Positions 1 through 7,872 of a stretch of DNA of 64,000 nt are shown piece by piece (the stretch's first letter is position 1; each line of letters begins with the position of its first letter). Under the pieces are notes generated by a model. The model did not search any database. It had not been told where the DNA came from and saw nothing but the letters and a program-made list of their open reading frames with translations. This DNA comes from Patescibacteria group bacterium (lineage in GTDB: Bacteria > Patescibacteriota > Microgenomatia > UBA1406): contig JBAYJK010000004.1 of NCBI GenBank assembly GCA_041665145.1, positions 66,434 to 130,433 on the forward strand, written 5' to 3'. The position numbers were made by a program, and so were the translations under genes.

Positions 1-282
1 CTTCATAAAGCCCCCCTTTAAAATGCTTGTAAAATCCCGTTTCTATTCTCACATTAGGATTGTAACATTTCTTTTTACTGCCGTTTGGCACGGTTTACAA
101 ACACACATGATAAAACACTTTGGCTTGCTACAACAACATAATAAATTATAAATACTAAATAAAGTATCTAAATAGTACATTGTGTGCTATAATATACCAA
201 TTGTTTTGATAGAGCCTATCCGTTCTCACTCGCACACGGTTGCAATCTATTGCAACAATCCTTATAAATTTTAATTACTTGT

Positions 283-1479
283 ATGTATAGAAATACAATG
301 CGTAAGCGTAGTTTTGGTAGTGGTAGAAGTTCATTTAGTAGAAGCAACCGTTTTTCTGGCGGTGGCAAAAATTTTAGTCAACATATCGACAGTAACCGGT
401 ATGTTCGACATGCCGTGCCCATAATCGAGCACGAAGTACTTAGCACGATGGTGTTTGAAAGCCTTCCGATTAATCCCCGACTAAAATCTAATATTCATGG
501 AAAAGGGTACCGTAACTTGACCCCTATTCAAGAGAAGCTGATTCTTCCGATTTTGGAAGGACGGGATGTTATTGGTATGGCTAACACCGGAACAGGAAAA
601 ACCGGAGCGTTTCTTATCCCGCTCATCGAGAGAACCGTACAGGTTGCTACAAAAATAACACTTATTTTGGTTCCTACCCGTGAACTTGCGTTCCAAGTTA
701 ATGCCGAATTGCAGGAGTTTTCAGCCATGTTACATATGCGCTCAGCGCTTTGTATCGGTGGAGAATCGATTCACCGACAGATGTCGATGCTTCGTGAACA
801 CCCGCAGTTTATTATCGGTACACCAGGACGCATGCTTGACCTTTTGAAGCGTCGTGCGTTATCGGTAACAGCAATCGGATTCTTTGTCTTGGACGAAGTC
901 GACCGAATGCTTGATATGGGTTTCGTGAATGACATCAAAAATATCATTCGTGATATGCCTGCTGAGAAACAATCATTATTCTTCTCAGCAACCATGAGCT
1001 CAACAATAAACTCTCTTGCACATAGCTTTATGAGAGATCCGTTGACCGTTTCCGTTGTTACCCGGGAGACCGCGGAGAACGTTGAACAAAACGTTGTACG
1101 GGTACAGGGTGAGGAGGGAAAGTTGGGAACCTTATCAACCATGCTTACTCAACCAGAATTCAAAAAAGTATTGATATTTGGAAGAACCAAACATGGTGTT
1201 GAACGACTTTCAAAGACTTTACAAGCTAAAGGATTTAAAGCCGCCTCTATTCACGGCAACAAGCAACAGAATGCTCGCGCCCGTGCCATTAAAGCTTTTA
1301 AAGAAGATATGATCAGGGTGCTTGTTGCAACAGATGTTGCCGCCCGCGGACTTGATATTCCCGATATTACCCACGTCATAAATTACGACGAGCCCGCAAC
1401 ATACGAGGACTATATTCATCGTATAGGAAGAACGGGAAGAGGAAACCAATTGGGAAATGCGTTGACCTTTATCGGTTAA
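283..1479 (+). CDS. DEAD-box ATP-dependent RNA helicase
   Basis: Walker A 'ANTGTGKTGAF', DEVD (DEAD variant), 'FSAT' and 'HRIGRTGR' motifs. R/S/G-rich N-terminal tail. Extended -10 TGcTATAAT at 185-193 implies a ~90-nt leader. Confidence 0.9.
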   Translation: MYRNTMRKRSFGSGRSSFSRSNRFSGGGKNFSQHIDSNRYVRHAVPIIEHEVLSTMVFESLPINPRLKSNIHGKGYRNLTPIQEKLILPILEGRDVIGMANTGTGKTGAFLIPLIERTVQVATKITLILVPTRELAFQVNAELQEFSAMLHMRSALCIGGESIHRQMSMLREHPQFIIGTPGRMLDLLKRRALSVTAIGFFVLDEVDRMLDMGFVNDIKNIIRDMPAEKQSLFFSATMSSTINSLAHSFMRDPLTVSVVTRETAENVEQNVVRVQGEEGKLGTLSTMLTQPEFKKVLIFGRTKHGVERLSKTLQAKGFKAASIHGNKQQNARARAIKAFKEDMIRVLVATDVAARGLDIPDITHVINYDEPATYEDYIHRIGRTGRGNQLGNALTFIG

Positions 1480-1739
1480 GCAAGTTCCACTTTTTCAACC
1501 TTAGCTTCGTAAACAGTGAGGGACATGTCCCGAAGTTTAAATCCGTGAAACATTTGAATAGCTTTTTTAGCATCTTTCTCGGTAGACATGTCGATATATG
1601 CATAGCCGCTCGGCTTGTTGGAATATCGGCGGGTTGCAATTTTAACAGAACGGACAGAGCCTGCCTTAGTAAACAATGCTTTTAATTCCGAATTATTTGT
1701 ATCTACTGGTAGTGAACCGACGAACAATTTTTTATTCAT
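1476..1739 (-). CDS. RRM-type RNA-binding protein
   Basis: RNP-2 'LFVGSL' and RNP-1 'GYAYIDM'. 87 aa. Convergent 4-nt overlap with the helicase gene. Confidence 0.85.
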   Translation of the reverse strand: MNKKLFVGSLPVDTNNSELKALFTKAGSVRSVKIATRRYSNKPSGYAYIDMSTEKDAKKAIQMFHGFKLRDMSLTVYEAKVEKVELA

Positions 1740-1784
1740 TGAATAGCCCTATTATACACCATTTGGGGAATCTTGGCTTGCAAT

Positions 1785-2115
1785 CTACTTGTGGTGTTCG
1801 TTCATTTTCTTCCAGTTCCACGTCCGGGTCTTGTTAAATTCAATTTTTTTTGAGTATCGCCACTTCAATATCAATTCCCAGCACCCCGCATAAATGAAGA
1901 ATGCGTTGCACCGCATCGCCCAATTCCTCCTTGAATCCGTCTTTCCCGTCAATATTTTCATGTCGATATGCCTCATAAGCTTCAGAGATCTCCGAATGGA
2001 TTAGCGCTATTTTCTCCGGTACCGATATTTCATCGGGAAGAGTACCAAAACCTTTTTCTTTTGCCTGGTCCATAATGAGATCTGTTAATTGTGTAACCGT
2101 TAATGATTTTTTCAT
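1785..2115 (-). pseudogene. MazG-like nucleotide pyrophosphohydrolase, reading frame broken in an A8 run
   Basis: Paralog of 10117..10443 ('EISEAYEAYR', 'EELGDAVQRILHLCG'). The frame stops at 1840 after '..AILKKN'. Removing one base of the T8 run (1844-1851) restores '..AILKKIEFNKTRTWNWKKMNEHHK', which matches the paralog C-terminus. The start at 2115 is supported by TATACT + 6 nt. Confidence 0.65.
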
Positions 2116-2178
2116 ACTCATAGTATACCGCGGATCTACTTGACTTTTTTGCTTTACTATATTAAACTTACATATAGT

Positions 2179-2547
2179 ATGAGAAAAAACTGTTCGAAGG
2201 TTGTTTTGGAGAAGTTTTTTGAGCCCTGTGTTTTGTATCTGTTGTTCAAACAAAAAACATATGGTTACGAGCTGCAAAAACAACTAGAGGAACATTGTTG
2301 TTGTTCGGTAAATATTGGAAATTTATACAGAAGCCTGGGAAAATTGGAAAAAAGCGGTGACATATCAAAAAGTAAAGAAGCAGGAGTAGGTGGACCGGAA
2401 CGGATTACGTACTCTTTAACCGAGAAGGGGAAAGAACTGCTTTCCGAATGGATAACCGAACTTGAAGAACAGAATAAAAATATTGCAAAACTTATTACAA
2501 ATTACAAAAAATTAACACATGTTACATCTCGATCAAGCAAGCTTTAA
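2179..2547 (+). CDS. PadR-family transcriptional regulator
   Basis: Winged-helix signature 'YGYELQKQLEE...GNLYRSLGKLEKSGDI...YSLTEKGKELL'. The ORF-track start at 2140 is a TTG inside a TTGACT -35-like hexamer, so ATG 2179 is preferred. Confidence 0.8.
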   Translation: MRKNCSKVVLEKFFEPCVLYLLFKQKTYGYELQKQLEEHCCCSVNIGNLYRSLGKLEKSGDISKSKEAGVGGPERITYSLTEKGKELLSEWITELEEQNKNIAKLITNYKKLTHVTSRSSKL

Positions 2548-2839
2548 AAAAGAGGTTGCCGAATTTAAGGGAGTCGTCTTAGTAGATTTCTTCGCTCATT
2601 GGTGTCCTCCTTGTAAAATGTTGTCGCCTCTTCTTGAAGAAATGGATAAAGAGAACAAAAGCAGTGACGTAAAATTTGCCAAGGTGGACGTCGATGTCAA
2701 TCAAGAACTTTCCGGACAGTATGGGGTTCAAAGCATCCCGACAGTTATTATCTTCAAAGACGGAAAGCAAGTTGCCCAGAAAGTCGGATTTGGTCCAAAA
2801 GAAATGTATCTCGAGGCTATAAATAGCGTGAGAAAATAA
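2519..2839 (+). CDS. trxA: thioredoxin
   Basis: 'WCPPCK' active site and 'GVQSIPTVIIFKDG'. 106 aa. Overlaps the PadR gene by 29 nt. Confidence 0.9.
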   Translation: MLHLDQASFKKEVAEFKGVVLVDFFAHWCPPCKMLSPLLEEMDKENKSSDVKFAKVDVDVNQELSGQYGVQSIPTVIIFKDGKQVAQKVGFGPKEMYLEAINSVRK

Positions 2840-2844
2840 GTAGG

Positions 2845-5800
2845 TCAGCGATAGGTTATTACGAGCTGGGGCGCTTGACTGACGTTTCCATTATACGTCC
2901 TAAAGACACGTCTGCCGGTTGCAAGACCAACGTTGGATGCGATGATTGACAAACTGTTCCCGCTATTCCAATCGCTTCTGTTTATGATTTCCTGAACAAT
3001 CGGCGCAAGGTTGGGAAGTGAGTACCATTGAGCACTCGTCCATGGCGCAGCAATGCTTGCATAGTACGTTGCAAGTGTGGAAGTTCGCGTAGCCGGTTTA
3101 TTTGTAGAGGAAAACGCCGCGCTATTTCCGGAAGCATCAGCGTATAGCGTGACAGTTGTGGCTGCGGTTTGGTTTGCGGTTGAGTACACCCTGAGGTACG
3201 CATCAACTATGGTTGCATTCCTGGGAATGGCAAGCCCGGTGAAACGGAATCCGGTATAGCTATTTGTTTCCGTAGTCGACCTTCCTAAATATGTGGTTGT
3301 TGCTGTCAAATTTAGTGTATTCACTACCTGCCGAGCATCATCATTACCCACGGCTATCGACTTGATCATTATCACACTACTATCTTCTTTTACTTCAACA
3401 TCATCTATGTACCAACCTGAGCCTGAAGTTCCATCATCAGACACCATTCTGAACCTGATGACCGCAGTATTACCAATATAAGGAGCAAGGTTGACAACAA
3501 CCTGTGACATTGTTCCCAACGTACCTCCGGTCCATGCACTCCTCAGATTAATCGCGCTTAATGTAGCATTATTTATTATTCCGTTATAAGCGCCTGAGGT
3601 AATTTGCGGACCTAAATCCACAAAGTTACTACCTCCGTCAATTGATATCTCAATAACCGCTCCATCTGCAGAAACTTCCGTCTGATATGTGTGCCTGAAA
3701 CTCAGTTTTCCATTTGCGGGAACAACAAATGGGCGCGTAGTAAGTCGGGAGTCTCTCGGAGTACTCACTTCAGCCGCAAAATAAGAATGCGTAGGACTAC
3801 TTGATCTTGATGTAGACAGAACCCAATCACTTGTTCCACCGGTAAATGATGAAGTCCATGTTTCGGAAACGGGATCAAAACTATCAGACAATACTGATCC
3901 TGCAGGAGGCGTCGGGGTGGGTGTTACTGTTGGAGTCATGGTTGGAGTAGGAGTAGCCGTAGGCGTGGGTGTTGTTGTTGGCGTAAGTGTGATTGTTGGT
4001 GTCGGAGTAGGTGTGCTTGTCTGTGTGGGTGTTGGAGTATTGGTTGGTGCTGATGTTACGGTAGGTGTGGGTGAGGCTGAAGGCGTTGGAGATGCCGAGG
4101 GAGTAGGTGTAATAGTTGGTGTGAGTGTAGGTGTGGGAGTAAACGCTGTTGTTGGCGTAAGTGTTATGGATGGTGTTGCCGAGGGTGTGGGAGTAACACT
4201 GTTCGATGGGGCCTGTAAAGTTGCCACTAAATCCTGTATGTAAAAATAATCTCCCCGCACAAAAGTGGGAGAGTCCAAATATTGGGCTAGTTCATCTTTG
4301 CTTGCATCCATAATCCAAGCTTTGGCAAGGAACATCGAATTTGTATCATAAAGCGGTGCGAGTATGGATTCACCGTATGAAGCTTCAAATCGGGAAGCCA
4401 TCCAGTAGGGAGCCGTATTATTGTACAGGTTGAACGCAGTGATTACATTCTGCGCACTTGCAGAATTTGTCTTCAAATATTGTGCTGTTTCCGGTGTCAG
4501 AAACATAAAGTTACGAGCAACAGCAAGTAATCTTCTCGAATCATGTGAATCCGGCCCCCAGGGAACATTTATTGTTTGCGCGAGATTCACTGCTCGACTC
4601 CGGGATCCGGTTGTAAGGTCGTTCAGGAGTGTCTGCTTCGCTGACGCCTCAGTTTGATTTCCGGCTAGCTTCGCAAGTTCTACATACCCCGTTAATCCGG
4701 CGATCCACGCGTTGTGTGCTTCTGGATATGTCAACAAAACACTATTTGTCGGAGGTGTCCCGAGACTAGATCTACACGCATTGAAAAGTGTCGTGGCATT
4801 CCCGCTGATTTGAGCATACTTCCAGAGTGCGTAAAACAAATGAGGAGGCCAACTCCAACCCGGATATCCATACATATCGGACTCGGAAGGTTGAAAATTG
4901 GGGATGACAGCAGTTACTTCCGGAGGCATTTCGACACCCGAATCCGTAACCCCGAGACTTTCTCGACTTGCCCCAACCCAACCGTTCGTGCGGTACGTAC
5001 AAGGAGAGTAATTCGACATTTCAGAAGACAAGTAGCTGAGAACTTGACTTTGTAAGTTTGAATTCAAATGCGGATACGCCAGTGTCAGTGTGTAGAGTGT
5101 ATCTATAGTACTATGAAAATAGTCCATAAAAACATCCCCGAAGTTGTAGAAAAAAGTTTCTGTGAAATAACCGTGTATGCCGTACCCCGGTCGCAAATGC
5201 CCCGCAGCAATAATTTTTTGCACTTCCGCTTCCAGTTTTTGTGTCAAGGTGTTTGAATCCGCAATCAAAGGGGTACCAGAAGCCTGACCAATAACCACAG
5301 GTGTCAATTCGTCTCTGGTTGGATTATTTGGTGCAAATGCAATTAGCGCGTTTCCTCTGTGCATATATAATCTTCCTTTGTAGGGAATCGGTGGATTAAC
5401 GTCTCCATGTGACCCGTAAATTCCATTTTGTCCTTCTGGTTGATTGTTCCACCCTGTGCCAGCTCTACTGTCCCCGTATACCATAACCGCATTTGACTCA
5501 TCCGTTCCGGTTGATTTCACATTATAATTTGGGGCGATTGATGCCAGGTTATATTCAAAGTACCACTGCTTATCGCTACCGTCCATTTTTGTCGAACCGG
5601 ACGCCCTATCACAGCAGAGATTCCAATATATTCTGTCTCCACCTGCAGAATAGGCCATCGGTTCATCGTTAGCCTGCATTGATGAGCCATATGGTGTAGT
5701 TATAAATGGGGTCCCATAATCCCAACCTACGATCTGCCCCCGAGTTGCATACTGTCCATTTACATAATATGTCTGAGCTTGATAAAGTTTTTGGTCAGCG

Positions 5801-6930
5801 CCGACAATTGCCGGATACCGCGTTCCCGATCGTGTACCCCACCAAAAGAATGGAGCATAATCCTTACGTCCATCTGAATCCAAATCAAAAGTTTTTTCAA
5901 TTCCGGTACTGGCATCCAAAATAAAATATGTCCTTCTCCATGCTTTGCGGAGGCCTGCAGTGTCGGTTGCAGTAGGGACCTCATAATATTCCGATGCGCT
6001 CGATATATTCATTTTTTCATTTATACGCGGCCCGATCTCCCCTTGAGACCCATATCTGGGTACCAAAAAATCATTGGTATCCAGATTCTGTAGACCCTCA
6101 GTATCATAAGGATCCGAGTATCGATAGTTGTCTGAGCCAACCAACAGTACAACATCACTGTTGCTTGCTGTGTCATGATATACGACAGGCCACCAGGAAT
6201 TAAAACCGGTCACGGGAAGTTTCTGATTACCTGCCGCAACAGGGTCGGTGTCAGATTTCCATAGAAGCGATCCTGTATTTAAGTCAAGCGCATAAACATA
6301 CGAGTCACTTGATGCAACATACACCTTGCCGTCTTTATATGCTGCTGAAAAATGCACCTGTCCGCCGGTCTGATACTTCCATGCAAGCGTCCCTTTTCTC
6401 AGCAAATCATCATTTGAATACACCGCATAAACCGCTCCATCCCTGTTTCCCATTATCACTAAACTGTTAATCACTAATGGGTTAGTATCATAACCTGCAC
6501 CAGCCTCATCAAAAGTCCATAGCTTAAGACCGGAATTGGCATCTATAGCATGTAGTTTGTGGTCAAATCCACCAACATAGGCAACCGAGTTGACAACAGT
6601 CGGAGAATTGCCGAGAGGGAGTTGAGTAGGATACGCCCACAATTGGGCACCATCTGTCGGGTTAAAAGCAAGCAAGCCTTTTGAGGTAGATAAAAATATC
6701 TTATTCTCAGCACCGATTATCTGCACTTTACCGGGTATAAAGTGATCTATTGGTCTATACCAATCAACACCAAGCGCACCGGACACCTCTTCAGCTACCC
6801 AAGAAGTGCGCTGGGGATTTGCGCCGGCCATATACCATTCGGAATCAGTCGCAGCTTTCGTCGTCCGGATATTACGCGCAAATAAGAGAACCCCGATTAC
6901 TATGAATGCGAACAAAAATTTAGTTCTCAT
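2845..6930 (-). CDS. giant secreted multidomain protein (PQQ-like beta-propeller repeats, helical middle region, T/P linker, beta-sandwich C-terminal domains)
   Basis: N-terminal signal/TM 'FLFAFIVIGVLLFA'. Repeated 'G..LW' / 'DG.VYA' PQQ-like blades. ~95-aa Thr/Pro linker. 'GSGWYIDDVEV'-type domain. The C-terminal ~190 aa resemble lectin-like or DNRLRE-like modules (weak call). Confidence 0.75.
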   Translation of the reverse strand: MRTKFLFAFIVIGVLLFARNIRTTKAATDSEWYMAGANPQRTSWVAEEVSGALGVDWYRPIDHFIPGKVQIIGAENKIFLSTSKGLLAFNPTDGAQLWAYPTQLPLGNSPTVVNSVAYVGGFDHKLHAIDANSGLKLWTFDEAGAGYDTNPLVINSLVIMGNRDGAVYAVYSNDDLLRKGTLAWKYQTGGQVHFSAAYKDGKVYVASSDSYVYALDLNTGSLLWKSDTDPVAAGNQKLPVTGFNSWWPVVYHDTASNSDVVLLVGSDNYRYSDPYDTEGLQNLDTNDFLVPRYGSQGEIGPRINEKMNISSASEYYEVPTATDTAGLRKAWRRTYFILDASTGIEKTFDLDSDGRKDYAPFFWWGTRSGTRYPAIVGADQKLYQAQTYYVNGQYATRGQIVGWDYGTPFITTPYGSSMQANDEPMAYSAGGDRIYWNLCCDRASGSTKMDGSDKQWYFEYNLASIAPNYNVKSTGTDESNAVMVYGDSRAGTGWNNQPEGQNGIYGSHGDVNPPIPYKGRLYMHRGNALIAFAPNNPTRDELTPVVIGQASGTPLIADSNTLTQKLEAEVQKIIAAGHLRPGYGIHGYFTETFFYNFGDVFMDYFHSTIDTLYTLTLAYPHLNSNLQSQVLSYLSSEMSNYSPCTYRTNGWVGASRESLGVTDSGVEMPPEVTAVIPNFQPSESDMYGYPGWSWPPHLFYALWKYAQISGNATTLFNACRSSLGTPPTNSVLLTYPEAHNAWIAGLTGYVELAKLAGNQTEASAKQTLLNDLTTGSRSRAVNLAQTINVPWGPDSHDSRRLLAVARNFMFLTPETAQYLKTNSASAQNVITAFNLYNNTAPYWMASRFEASYGESILAPLYDTNSMFLAKAWIMDASKDELAQYLDSPTFVRGDYFYIQDLVATLQAPSNSVTPTPSATPSITLTPTTAFTPTPTLTPTITPTPSASPTPSASPTPTVTSAPTNTPTPTQTSTPTPTPTITLTPTTTPTPTATPTPTMTPTVTPTPTPPAGSVLSDSFDPVSETWTSSFTGGTSDWVLSTSRSSSPTHSYFAAEVSTPRDSRLTTRPFVVPANGKLSFRHTYQTEVSADGAVIEISIDGGSNFVDLGPQITSGAYNGIINNATLSAINLRSAWTGGTLGTMSQVVVNLAPYIGNTAVIRFRMVSDDGTSGSGWYIDDVEVKEDSSVIMIKSIAVGNDDARQVVNTLNLTATTTYLGRSTTETNSYTGFRFTGLAIPRNATIVDAYLRVYSTANQTAATTVTLYADASGNSAAFSSTNKPATRTSTLATYYASIAAPWTSAQWYSLPNLAPIVQEIINRSDWNSGNSLSIIASNVGLATGRRVFRTYNGNVSQAPQLVITYR
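3905..4205 (-). repeat. low-complexity coding repeat for a Thr/Pro-rich linker
   Basis: Translates as TPTPSATPS...TPTPTPP. The top strand reads as GVGVGV. Confidence 0.85.
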
Positions 6931-7011
6931 TAACTATGAGGATAAACCACCGTTCATATAATTACCCCGTAGTATACATAAAACATCAACGTGTGCAAAT
7001 GATGTTGATCA

Positions 7012-7809
7012 CTATTCAATCGGAAGATATATCTCAAAGAATTGCTGGGAAGGGTTTACTGAAACTTTCCGATAAATCTCGAAATCAGGACATGTTGTTC
7101 GTGGCTTCAATTTGTTTAATCCGGCAAACTTCTCGAGCTCCTTCCAAAAATATGATAAAAGAGATCCGGATCCATTATGAGTGTAGGTGAGAACTTTCCC
7201 CGGTGCAAATTCGTAAAACTTTACTGTTCCCCGAAACTCCGGCATAATGCGCATACCATCTGTTGATAACGCCCCGATCCTGATGTGACTCCTCTTGGGT
7301 TTGTATCCTTGCTCTTCAAATATGGCAAGTGTGGTAAAGTCAGCACCTTGTTCTGCAAACATTCCCCTCAACTCATCACAATATTTTCCGATTGATGCAT
7401 ACGACCCAGTTCGCTCTATATAATAAACGCCGAAGGAAGGGAGTACTTTTAGTTGCGGATTCACCATCGTTCCGTTCGCTTCTAAGTTCTCCTGAAATTT
7501 AGTAAGGTTTCTCAGATTGAATCCGAGAGACTCAATTTCTTTCTCGATCAACCCTCTTTTTTCGCTGAACAACGCAAAAAGGTTACCGCGCTTCTTGAGA
7601 TATTCTTTCATTTCATTGAGAGAAACGCCAAGAGTAGATAAGAGCAAAATCAACTGATAGTCGATTATTTGATGCTCTTCATAGAGACGATACTTAGTTT
7701 TTGTTATCTTAACGGGCTTCAAAACTCCTTTTTCATCATAAAAATGTATTGTCCTTTTGGTTGTTCCGGCAAGCCGAGCAAGTTCTCCGGCAGTGATTAA
7801 GTTATTCAT
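7012..7809 (-). CDS. MerR-family transcriptional regulator with GyrI-like effector-binding domain (BmrR-like)
   Basis: N-terminal HTH 'AGELARLAGTTKRTIHFYDEKGVLKP', a coiled-coil linker, and a C-terminal GyrI-like domain ending '..FFEIYLPIE'. Confidence 0.85.
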   Translation of the reverse strand: MNNLITAGELARLAGTTKRTIHFYDEKGVLKPVKITKTKYRLYEEHQIIDYQLILLLSTLGVSLNEMKEYLKKRGNLFALFSEKRGLIEKEIESLGFNLRNLTKFQENLEANGTMVNPQLKVLPSFGVYYIERTGSYASIGKYCDELRGMFAEQGADFTTLAIFEEQGYKPKRSHIRIGALSTDGMRIMPEFRGTVKFYEFAPGKVLTYTHNGSGSLLSYFWKELEKFAGLNKLKPRTTCPDFEIYRKVSVNPSQQFFEIYLPIE

Positions 7810-7813
7810 AAAC

Positions 7814-7844
7814 TTGACTATAACGTAACGTTATACTTTATAAT
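7814..7844 (+). promoter_or_regulatory. MerR-type promoter of the UvrA-paralog gene
   Basis: -35 TTGACT (7814-7819). A 19-nt spacer contains the dyad ATAACGT-A-ACGTTAT (7820-7834). -10 TATAAT (7839-7844). Confidence 0.75.
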
Positions 7845-7868
7845 AGCAAGACTAGAAGCTTTTGTCAA
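7840..7868 (-). promoter_or_regulatory. divergent promoter of the MerR-family gene
   Basis: On the minus strand: -35 TTGACA (7868..7863), 17-nt spacer, -10 TATTAT (7845..7840). Its -10 overlaps the opposite-strand -10. Confidence 0.6.
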
Positions 7869-7872
7869 CTAT

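Noticed and set aside
1-40. Possible start of a minus-strand gene at position 6 (CAT at 4-6, preceded on that strand by AAAGGGGGG, an SD-like run)
   Set aside because: Only two codons fall inside the window, so it cannot be supported.
241-256. Palindrome TTGCAAT-CT-ATTGCAA in the helicase 5' leader
   Set aside because: It is a short 7-bp stem that could simply be leader secondary structure. There is no second copy and no recognisable riboswitch or thermosensor architecture.
1840-2283. 147-aa version of the MazG-like ORF with a 54-aa N-terminal extension
   Set aside because: The extension runs through the divergent PadR promoter region. The paralog at 10117..10443 starts at the equivalent of ATG 2115, and TATACT + 6 nt supports 2115.
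3917-4243. 108-aa plus-strand ORF rich in GVGV repeats
   Set aside because: It is an antisense shadow of the Thr/Pro linker of the 1361-aa minus-strand gene. It is low-complexity with no independent start signals.
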